In this document: piece by piece, positions 40,729-48,230 of the stretch
How the letters are laid out: every line of letters begins with the position of its first letter
How positions within the stretch are numbered: position 1 is the first letter of the stretch
Assembly (NCBI GenBank): GCA_036679605.1
Contig: JAZDCZ010000085.1
Span: forward strand, 95,404 to 159,403
Length of the DNA stretch: 64,000 bases
Reading direction: 5' to 3'
Source: Gemmatimonadota bacterium
GTDB taxonomy: Bacteria > Gemmatimonadota > Gemmatimonadetes > Gemmatimonadales > GWC2-71-9
The notes under the pieces: generated by a model
Told to the model about the DNA's origin: nothing
The model's database searches: none
The model's input: the letters and a program-made list of their open reading frames with translations, nothing else
Position numbers and translations under genes: made by a program

Positions 40729-42996
40729 TCACGACCCCAGTGTACTCCGCTCCCATTCCACCAGTGCCTCCCACCGCGGCTTCACTTCAGCCATCAGCGC
40801 ATGGAACTCCGGCTCGGCCCTCAGGCTTTCCAGGAAGAGGGCTCCTTCACTTAGGATCGGATAGTTGATGAAGCCGTGTTCAATCGCGGTACGCAACCAG
40901 CGCAGTGCGTCGCCCTTGCGGCCGAGCAGCGCGTAGCCGTCCGCCATCATCCGACACGCGATATCGTTGTGGACGGTCTTCTCCATCTCTGGCGTGGCGA
41001 CCCGCAGGGCTTCCTCTTCATTCCCCTCCAATGCGTATTTGAGAAAGAGTGCGAAGGCACCGTGCGGATTGTCGGTGATCGCCGTGCCGACCCGGCCGAG
41101 GACCTTGGCCGCTTCGTCGGGGAACCCGGCTTCCGCGAGCGGCCAGCCTGCGTACACGTGCAACATGGAAATCTGCGGAGCCAGCGCGATCAGTCGGCGG
41201 GCAGGCGCAGCAGCCGTCTCCCTTGGACCGTATATGACTGCTAGATAGACCATGGCCAATTGGGTGCTCGAGGTCAGCGGGTCTATCTGAATCAACTTCT
41301 CGGCGTAATTACCAGTGTTACGGAGACCTGTAAAATTCGAGAACCGAATCAGCTCAGCGAGGATGTTGGGATCGTTGGGGCGAAGGGCATGGGCACGGTA
41401 TAGGTCTACGAGTGCGGACTCGGGCTGTCCACGCATCCCGGCCACGAGACCGCGAACGTAGATGGCGAGGTAGCAGTCCGGATCTATCGCGAGCGCCTGA
41501 TCCACGAGTTCCGACGCGCGGGCAAGCCCCTCGTCGGCCGGAACCACGTGCATGTTCACATGGCTCCAGTGAATACTCGCCTTGGTCGCCAGCAGAAGCG
41601 GCGAGTCGCCGACGACATCGATCGCGTCTTCGACCAAGCGTAGGGCGCGGTGCTGATCCTCCGGCGTCCAGTTGTATATCACCTGGCGTGCGCGCAGGTA
41701 GCAGTCGTAGGCGACCGGATCGTCGATTGGGCGCTCGGCGACGGCACGCTCCTCCGTGTCGGTGAGCTTCACCTTCAGGGCAGACACTATCTGCCTGGAG
41801 ATCTCCTCCTGGATCCCGAACACGTCCTCCATCGTGCCTGAGAACTTCTCGTTCCAGATTGTCGTATCGGTGCTTGCCTCTACCAGGTCGGCCGTGACGC
41901 GAAGGGCGGTCCCCGCCCTGCGCACGGTGCCGGTCACGAGGTGCGTCACACCCAGCTCCCGGCGGAGCGTCCGCGTGTCCTTCGTCGTTCGCTTCAGCAT
42001 CATCGACGAGTTACGGGAGATGACGTGTAAAGCCGATATGCGAGACAAATCCGAGATCACCTCGTCGGTGAGGCCGTCGCTGAAGTATTCATCGTCGGGA
42101 TCGGCGCTCCGGTTCTCGAAGGGCAGGACGACGATCGATCTCGCTTCTCTGTCCTGTTCCTTCCCCTCGGTCGTCAATCCTGTCGCGAAGGTGCCGGCAC
42201 TCTCATAACGGTCAACCGGCGTCTTGTTCAACGCCTTCGCCAGCGCGTTCGCGATTGATGGACTCACACTTGGCCGAGTCGTGGTAATCGGTGCTGCGGG
42301 GTCCGTGACGTGCTTGGCCATCACCGCCTGGGCGGTCGAGGCGGTGAACGGCGGGTCACCGGCCAACATCTCATACGTCACGCACGCAAGCGAGTAGACA
42401 TCGCTACGCGCATCGAGGTCCCGTTGCCCGGCGATTTGCTCGGGACTCATGTAGAACGGTGTCCCGAGCGACAATCCCGTTTCCGTGAGCCGTTCGCCGC
42501 CCGCAGCTTTGACGGCGATCGCGATGCCGAAGTCCGCCATGAGCGCCACGCCGTCCTGGAGCAGAATGTTCTCGGGCTTGATGTCGCGATGAATGACACC
42601 GCGCTTGTGCGCATAGTCGAGCGCGCCCGCGATCGCTTTAGTGATTTCGAGTGTTTCGTCGATCGATAGTTGCTTTTCGCGGTTGAGGCGATCGCGAAGT
42701 GATCCCCCGTCGACATACGGCATCACATAGAAGAGAAACGAATCGGCCTCTCCCGAATCATAGAGCTGCAGGATGTGCGGATGCTGGAGATTGGCTGTAA
42801 CGGTGACCTCGTTCAGAAAGCGCTCGCCGCCCAAGACGGCCGAGAACTCGGGCTTTAACACCTTGAGCGCGACCTTCCGCTTGTGCTTCAAGTCTTCGGC
42901 GAGGTACACGGTCGCCATCCCGCCCTCGCCGAGGTGGCGTTCGATCCGGTAGCGATCGGCGAGGGCCGTCGAGAGCCGGGACGTGATCTCGGTCAT
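40729..42996 (-). CDS. Ser/Thr protein kinase with TolB-N-like and TPR domains (cytoplasmic)
   Basis: VALK, HRDIKPEN, DFG; SIVVLPFEN...YFSDGLTDE module; TPRs. Confidence 0.93.
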   Translation of the reverse strand: MTEITSRLSTALADRYRIERHLGEGGMATVYLAEDLKHKRKVALKVLKPEFSAVLGGERFLNEVTVTANLQHPHILQLYDSGEADSFLFYVMPYVDGGSLRDRLNREKQLSIDETLEITKAIAGALDYAHKRGVIHRDIKPENILLQDGVALMADFGIAIAVKAAGGERLTETGLSLGTPFYMSPEQIAGQRDLDARSDVYSLACVTYEMLAGDPPFTASTAQAVMAKHVTDPAAPITTTRPSVSPSIANALAKALNKTPVDRYESAGTFATGLTTEGKEQDREARSIVVLPFENRSADPDDEYFSDGLTDEVISDLSRISALHVISRNSSMMLKRTTKDTRTLRRELGVTHLVTGTVRRAGTALRVTADLVEASTDTTIWNEKFSGTMEDVFGIQEEISRQIVSALKVKLTDTEERAVAERPIDDPVAYDCYLRARQVIYNWTPEDQHRALRLVEDAIDVVGDSPLLLATKASIHWSHVNMHVVPADEGLARASELVDQALAIDPDCYLAIYVRGLVAGMRGQPESALVDLYRAHALRPNDPNILAELIRFSNFTGLRNTGNYAEKLIQIDPLTSSTQLAMVYLAVIYGPRETAAAPARRLIALAPQISMLHVYAGWPLAEAGFPDEAAKVLGRVGTAITDNPHGAFALFLKYALEGNEEEALRVATPEMEKTVHNDIACRMMADGYALLGRKGDALRWLRTAIEHGFINYPILSEGALFLESLRAEPEFHALMAEVKPRWEALVEWERSTLGS

Positions 42997-43096
42997 GGAT
43001 GCCAGTCTCGGCGGGCCGGACTCAGCGAAACGCGCCGGGACATTGGGAAAGGAAAAAGTGGCCGGTCAGACGTTCTCCTTCCGCGTCGGTGAGATG

Positions 43097-43636
43097 TCAG
43101 TAGACATCGGGCTCGCCGAAGGCGTCGGGTGTCTTCCGGTGCTCAAAGTAAAAACGCTGAAGTTCAGGGGTCGTAGCGGTGAGGAGTATTTCATCGCCAA
43201 CCTCGACGTGCTCGATACCTTCGGGATCCTCCTCCAAGTATTGCTTGAGCCAGTCCGGGTTCATCGTTCGTAGTGTCGTCGTAGATCCCACCTGCTCGTC
43301 GATCCGGAAGAACACGTGAGTCGGAAGCAGCATCCCCTTCTCGTCGTCCAGTTCGACGGGGTAGACATCGAGGAACTTCGACCCACCAATACTGACCAAC
43401 TGCATGATCAACTCTCCCCGGTCGCATTCGTCGTCAATGAACTCGACTTCGTATGAAAAGAGTGGCATCTGCCCCGTGCCTGCAGTGACGATGAAAATCG
43501 CATTGGAATCTTCAGTGGTCCAGATGCCCAAGAGCGCGGGATCGAAGATGAGGTCGTCTTCACCATAGATGGGGAACACCGACGGGACGCAGCCAACAAG
43601 TAGACTGAGCGTGATAACACCGGTAATCGATTTCAT
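43097..43636 (-). CDS. Hypothetical lipoprotein
   Basis: MKSITGVITLSLLVG-C lipobox; GGAGA RBS; DPALLGIW. Confidence 0.8.
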   Translation of the reverse strand: MKSITGVITLSLLVGCVPSVFPIYGEDDLIFDPALLGIWTTEDSNAIFIVTAGTGQMPLFSYEVEFIDDECDRGELIMQLVSIGGSKFLDVYPVELDDEKGMLLPTHVFFRIDEQVGSTTTLRTMNPDWLKQYLEEDPEGIEHVEVGDEILLTATTPELQRFYFEHRKTPDAFGEPDVY

Positions 43637-43648
43637 GTGATTCTCCAA

Positions 43649-43879
43649 TCAGCGCTGCCGAGAGGTGATCTCAGTCATGGGGCTAAGATGCAGTGCCGAA
43701 GCTCAGGTGGCCAGCGATCAACCCAGTGTGCTAGGTCCCCCCAGCAATACTCCTCCGTGTGCCTCGAATGTGCACGAACTCCTGTACACTGGTGACACTA
43801 AATCGCCCATCGACTGACCGATCAGCGCCCGTTTCCGCGTCACTGGTGTACACTGGTGCCTGTTAGTACCACCCCGTAG
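43649..43879. repeat. Kinase stub (MTEITSRQR*), leader and arm segment preceding a tRNA fragment
   Basis: Collinear with about 53568-53791; contains TGTGC repeats and CACTGGTG x3. Confidence 0.85.
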
Positions 43880-43972
43880 GAGGACTGAAAATCCTCGTGT
43901 CGGTGATGGACGCCCCATCCCCGTCACCACCACCGCTCGCGTCTGCTTCGCAACCAATTCCGTCTCGGGGCA
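43880..43972 (+). pseudogene. 3' fragment of tRNA-Phe with 46-nt T-loop insert (degenerate)
   Basis: GAGGACTGAAAATCCTCGTGTCGGTGAT + insert 43908-43953 + CCAATTCCGTC. Confidence 0.85.
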
Positions 43973-43986
43973 TTCCACACTTGCCT

Positions 43987-44553
43987 TCAACCCCAAAACC
44001 GATCGAGGAGATCACCCACCCCCAACACCTCCGACCATGTATCGAGGTATGCGCGGTCCAATGTCTCGCGATTCATGACAACGAGACTCTCGACGTCCCG
44101 TCGCTGAACTTCCGATACCTCGTCGCCGAGGCGGTACCACCGCAACTTGGCGAGCAGAATATCTTCCTTGGTGACCACCCGGAGTGGCACAGCGCCACCT
44201 GGCATTACGATCTCCACCGCCCGACGCGCCGCCTCTCTATCGAATGCAGTACGAAGCGGGAACACGTCCACCTTGAGATAGGTCTGGCGGTGAATCAAGT
44301 TGAAGCTCGTCCCGGAATCGAGGGCGGCGATTGCCTGATGGAGATCTGTAATGAACTCGCCGGAGAGCCCGTCCACTAGCCCGGGGAGGTGGCGTTGCTC
44401 CAGTGCCGCAACGATGTCTACATCGTTTGTCGCTCGGAATTCACCGTGGACGCTGCTTGCCAGCGAGCCCGAGATGAAGTAGGTGACATCCTCGCGCTGG
44501 AATGCCGTTGCAACCGACTCGACGACTGCGCGCAGCTCGGATACATCGGTCAC
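43987..44553 (-). CDS. Pol-beta-superfamily nucleotidyltransferase
   Basis: GSLASSVHGEFRATNDVD (GS...DxD), KVDVF, EDILLAKL; GTG start overlaps upstream TGA. Confidence 0.8.
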   Translation of the reverse strand: MTDVSELRAVVESVATAFQREDVTYFISGSLASSVHGEFRATNDVDIVAALEQRHLPGLVDGLSGEFITDLHQAIAALDSGTSFNLIHRQTYLKVDVFPLRTAFDREAARRAVEIVMPGGAVPLRVVTKEDILLAKLRWYRLGDEVSEVQRRDVESLVVMNRETLDRAYLDTWSEVLGVGDLLDRFWG

Positions 44554-44807
44554 GGGGAGGAGAACAGCGCGGAAACTATTCGTTCGGCGATTTCCGGGCC
44601 GTACAACTGTTGAGCGAACCGCTCGACGACCGCCGAGGTCCCCAAGTGCCCAACGTGGCTGGTTGCTCCCTGCCACGCCAGATCCCGTACAAACGCGCTG
44701 AGCGCCAGAGCCCTGGTCAAACGCTCCGGAGCGGGGACGGCCGCGATGAGTTCCAAGTAACTGGATCGTGCGGCGCTGTCAGTGTCCACGGCTGGGGGCC
44801 CGTTCAT
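44550..44807 (-). CDS. Small partner protein of the nucleotidyltransferase (TA-like pair)
   Basis: 85 aa, GTGA coupling; upstream TTGACC-N17-GACACT-N5-ATG leaderless-type promoter. Confidence 0.7.
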   Translation of the reverse strand: MNGPPAVDTDSAARSSYLELIAAVPAPERLTRALALSAFVRDLAWQGATSHVGHLGTSAVVERFAQQLYGPEIAERIVSALFSSP

Positions 44808-44845
44808 GCCAAAGTGTCGCCGATCCCCGAGCGCTGGTCAACTAG

Positions 44846-45110
44846 GCCGGTGTTGGGGTTGGGAGCGGACGGGGTGCCGATGTATAATTCTCCCGCTTCG
44901 GGCCAGGTAGCTCAGTTGGTAGAGCACGGGACTGAAAATCCTCGTGTCGGTGGTGGACGCTCCCTCCCCGCCACAACCCCACTCGCGTCTGCTTCGCAAC
45001 CAATTCCGCCCCTGGCCACTCCAGAACCCTCGTCAGACGGGGCTTTTCGCTATCTGAGCCTGGTCCATCACCCCTCGAAAACCCTTTCGTGTGCATGAAT
45101 GTGCGTTGAA
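44846..45110 (+). repeat. Duplication of tRNA-Phe locus (promoter, tRNA, terminator, arm repeats)
   Basis: Collinear with 31729-31948 plus 45-nt insert. Confidence 0.9.
44901..45018 (+). pseudogene. Full-length tRNA-Phe copy interrupted by a 45-nt T-loop insert
   Basis: 73 nt tRNA + insert 44955-44999; G27C and T55C changes; TATAAT retained. Confidence 0.88.
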
Positions 45111-45112
45111 AG

Positions 45113-45167
45113 AGTACCCACCTCAGCCTTCAACTTCTCGAAGAAGTTCTCGACCACGATCAATTCG
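45113..45167 (-). repeat. Degenerate orphan kinase 3' tail (ELIVVENFFEKLKAEVG)
   Basis: Aligns to 62461-62518 with several substitutions. Confidence 0.8.
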
Positions 45168-45208
45168 CTCGCCGCCTACCCTCCGAGATTCTGTTCTGCG
45201 CTGCAATC

Positions 45209-46621
45209 TCAATCCCTGGCTCCAGTCCCAAGATGCTCTTGTAGGAATTGAACCATTCGCGGCCAATAGGCGGCGTTGGCGGCCGCCGCATCCTTAGGGT
45301 TGCCACCGAGGAGAAGAGATCCGAATCTATCGTCGGTTCTGGGAAGATTCGGGGCGCCCAGTCGGTGTCCCGCTCCCGGGTAGGCGAGGTGCTCGTATGG
45401 GAACGCGAACTCATGCGTTTCGAGCCTCCGGTAGGCGACCTCCGAGAGCAGCGTGGACGGCAAAGCCAGATCACCGACTCCCGAAATGAGGAGTACCGGC
45501 CCATTGATGCGCTCCACCGGGATCACTCCCTGCTCGAGATAACCCGGATTCACGAACCCATAGAACAAATGGCGGGTGAGAGACACGGACGTTTGGTCAA
45601 TGCAGGACCATCCTTCCTCGGCGCCCCCCGGTCTGCACTCCGCGGGCTGCTCGGAAATCAAGGCAGCCCGCAGTGTTTTGGTTAACGGCATTCTGGGGAA
45701 GCGGGGAACGGGGTCGCCGCGATAGGTAAACTGGAAACCGTTCACGCCACCGCTCTTGATCGACACGACGGCCCTGATGTCCGGAAAGCGAGAGCCGACG
45801 AGAAGCGCTACGACACCGCCGGTCGACATCCCGACCACTCCGACCCGGTCGGCGGCGACTTCCTCCTGCCGCTGCAACCAGTTGATCGCTGTCTCGAAGT
45901 ACTCGAGTGGGATTTCCGACGTGGTGCTCTCAGGCAAGCCGTCCGCGCCGCACCATTGAAGCGCGAGCGTCACGAAGCCATGCGCCGCAAGCAACGCAGC
46001 CAGGTGTTCGGGGGGACCACAAAACCCACCATGTGGGACGAGTAATGCCGGCCGTGGCGCCGACCCCGAAGGCACGAACAGCGTGCCCACCAGACCCTCC
46101 TCGTGCACCGGCCGTCGGGCGACATCGCTGTCAGCGAAAAGACGCTCCAGCGTGTCCGCCAGCATCGGCCGGCCTTCAGCTTCGGCGCTGAGGGCCACCA
46201 GGAGGGGCTCGCCCGGTTGCACAACGCCGTCGAACTGGGGGATTGGCACGTCGTCAGGCTCGTCTCGCTCAACCCGAGTCATCGCCCAAAAGAGCCCCAT
46301 GGGATCCACGGAGTCATAGGAGCCGGCGATCGGCGCCAGCTCGCTGAGATCTACGATGCCCTGGGAATCCGCCTGAAAAGTGACACTTGCTTGCCATACC
46401 GCACCACCATAATTCTGCAGTTCGCCACGCAGGGTGACTTCCTCTCCTGGCTGCAGCCCCGAGATCGTGATCCGGACCGGCTGGTCAATGACCGCTCTCC
46501 GAGGGGAGATTGCCATTTGATAGCTGGTTGGTTCTTGAGCGCTAACCTCTGAAGCCGTAACTCCGACGGTGGCGAGGAAGATTGAGGCTATCAAGAAATA
46601 ATCCGCTGTGGTTTCGGACAT
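45209..46621 (-). CDS. Acyl-CoA thioesterase/BAAT-family alpha/beta hydrolase, exported
   Basis: GSYDSVDPMGLFWAM, IPLEYFETAI, GMSTG, YPGAGH. Confidence 0.88.
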   Translation of the reverse strand: MSETTADYFLIASIFLATVGVTASEVSAQEPTSYQMAISPRRAVIDQPVRITISGLQPGEEVTLRGELQNYGGAVWQASVTFQADSQGIVDLSELAPIAGSYDSVDPMGLFWAMTRVERDEPDDVPIPQFDGVVQPGEPLLVALSAEAEGRPMLADTLERLFADSDVARRPVHEEGLVGTLFVPSGSAPRPALLVPHGGFCGPPEHLAALLAAHGFVTLALQWCGADGLPESTTSEIPLEYFETAINWLQRQEEVAADRVGVVGMSTGGVVALLVGSRFPDIRAVVSIKSGGVNGFQFTYRGDPVPRFPRMPLTKTLRAALISEQPAECRPGGAEEGWSCIDQTSVSLTRHLFYGFVNPGYLEQGVIPVERINGPVLLISGVGDLALPSTLLSEVAYRRLETHEFAFPYEHLAYPGAGHRLGAPNLPRTDDRFGSLLLGGNPKDAAAANAAYWPRMVQFLQEHLGTGARD

Positions 46622-46675
46622 AGTTTGCCTCCTTCAGGCATTTGAAGTCCCAGAGCGACCGGATACCTAGTCGAC

Positions 46676-46894
46676 CTAACGACTATCCGGGTCGGATTCG
46701 TAGTCGAGAATGTCTCCGGGTTTGCACTCGAGCGTCCTGCAAATGGCATTGAGCGTATTGAAGCGGATGCCGCGGACCTTGCCGGTCTTCAACAGCGACA
46801 TGTTGGACAGCGTGATGCCAACCTCCTCTGCCAGTTGCGTGAGCGACATTTTTCGCTGCACCAACAGCAAGTCCAAGTTCACTTTGATCGCCAT
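46676..46894 (-). CDS. XRE/YozG-type HTH regulator
   Basis: MSLTQLAEEVGITLSNMSLLKTGKVRGIRFNTL...CKPGDIL. Confidence 0.92.
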   Translation of the reverse strand: MAIKVNLDLLLVQRKMSLTQLAEEVGITLSNMSLLKTGKVRGIRFNTLNAICRTLECKPGDILDYESDPDSR

Positions 46895-46897
46895 GTC

Positions 46898-47539
46898 TCA
46901 GATGACTGCTTCGCTGTCCACGCGGTGCTCTGCCCCAAGTCGCAGCACCTCTGCCATCAGCAGAATCACGAGCGCCGTGAAGAGGTCAGCCTTGTCGAAA
47001 TGCTGGAGGTACAATCCGAAGAACCCTCGCGGCGGGATCAGTGGAAACAGCGGTTGGAGGTCCATGTACTCCAAGCTTCGGGAGAGGGCGGAAAAAGCGG
47101 CGTGGAGAACCATCAGCAGGCTGATGGTTCGAAAGCGACGTGCATTAGCCAGCGTGAGGGGCTGCTTGGCTACCAGGCTTGCGAGGATCTGTCTGAGGTT
47201 CCAAAGAATGAACGCGAAGGCACCCCATCCGATGACGACCATCCCAAGAGCGGAGACGAGATCCAGTGCGTCGCTCCTCTCGCTTGTCTGATAGTGGATG
47301 CGCGAACGATTGGTCTCGAAGTTGTAGACCGTGATGTCGGGGCTCGCCGGCTGAACTATTTCCGTCGGCAGCTTGAGCTCGACGTATACCGTGCCTTGCC
47401 GCCCACCGGGTCCGTGCGAGGTGCGTTGGCGCACCATGACGCCCAGCACGAAAGCCAGGAGGAGCAGCCAAACAATAAGCGTTACTTCGGTGATCAGTCT
47501 CAAGGCCCACGCCAACGACCGATTTCCTAGCAGCTGCAT
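46898..47539 (-). CDS. DUF2975-family membrane protein
   Basis: 4 TM, PLTLANARRF, AEVLRLGAEHRVDSEAVI terminus, directly upstream of YozG-type HTH. Confidence 0.85.
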   Translation of the reverse strand: MQLLGNRSLAWALRLITEVTLIVWLLLLAFVLGVMVRQRTSHGPGGRQGTVYVELKLPTEIVQPASPDITVYNFETNRSRIHYQTSERSDALDLVSALGMVVIGWGAFAFILWNLRQILASLVAKQPLTLANARRFRTISLLMVLHAAFSALSRSLEYMDLQPLFPLIPPRGFFGLYLQHFDKADLFTALVILLMAEVLRLGAEHRVDSEAVI

Positions 47540-47632
47540 CGAGCCATCCCCCCTGCCCTATGTAGGGTCGCAGCGTCGGTCTCCAAAGCCCCACCAACTC
47601 CTAGAACGACGTATTAGGGCGATTACTGTACT

Positions 47633-47682
47633 ACAATATATTATTATTGTCTAACATAAAATCATTGCCAATTAATAGCAAT
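47633..47682. promoter_or_regulatory. AT-rich inverted repeats, putative operator of the DUF2975-HTH operon
   Basis: ACAATA-N6-TATTGT (47633-47650) and ATTGC-N9-GCAAT (47664-47682). Confidence 0.5.
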
Positions 47683-47820
47683 ACCAGAGCCACCAGGGAG
47701 GCCGGGAGGTTCTGCGGGAGTCCCCTGTTCGTGTGCGTCCTGGGACCTCTAGATCTCCACCAATCCCTTCACCTCGCTCGCCGTCATCGAACGACGACCC
47801 CACTGAACCCGATTCCGGTC

Positions 47821-47957
47821 AGTGGGGACCAACGTCCCCCCTGTCTAGATGGGACCCATTGGGCGAAAAGACTGTACCTCTGTGCTGAGCGAGTGTGTCA
47901 TAGGCCACCATGCTTCCGGTACGTCAGCTGCGACTCTGCCAAGTGCCAGAATCCCAC
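47821..47957. repeat. 137-bp GGGACC-motif repeat, copy 2
   Basis: Closely matches 35331-35467. Confidence 0.9.
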
Positions 47958-48157
47958 CCCCATGAAACCTGCGACTAGCATCCCTATGGGATATTGAACA
48001 GGACGATTGCAAAGGACAGAGCGAAGAAGGCTAGAGCCCGAATGCGTTGCGGTCTTATTACAGCTTCAGCGGGTAGTCTTGGGGGCGTTCTACCTGCGGA
48101 TGGGACAGCCCGCCGGTTTGCTCGAGATGGCTTCTTCTCGGGAGTCGGGGATCCGAG

Positions 48158-48215
48158 CTAGTTCTCCACCTTCGCCTTCAACTCCTCGAAGAAGTTCTCG
48201 ACGACGATCAACTCG
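48158..48215 (-). repeat. Orphan kinase 3' tail (ELIVVENFFEELKAKVEN*)
   Basis: Near-identical to 62461-62518, 15 nt after the stop of kinase 48231-50927. Confidence 0.9.
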
Positions 48216-48230
48216 GGCACGTACGGGCCA

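Noticed and set aside
43718..43996. ORFs spanning the tRNA-derived repeats (also 53636-53884, 44842-45096, 31706-31936)
   Set aside because: Mutual similarity is explained by the non-coding repeat; no protein motifs.
44955..44999. Self-splicing group I/II intron or archaeal BHB intron in tRNA
   Set aside because: Too short for a ribozyme core; no clear bulge-helix-bulge seen at the junctions. Kept only as an unexplained insert.
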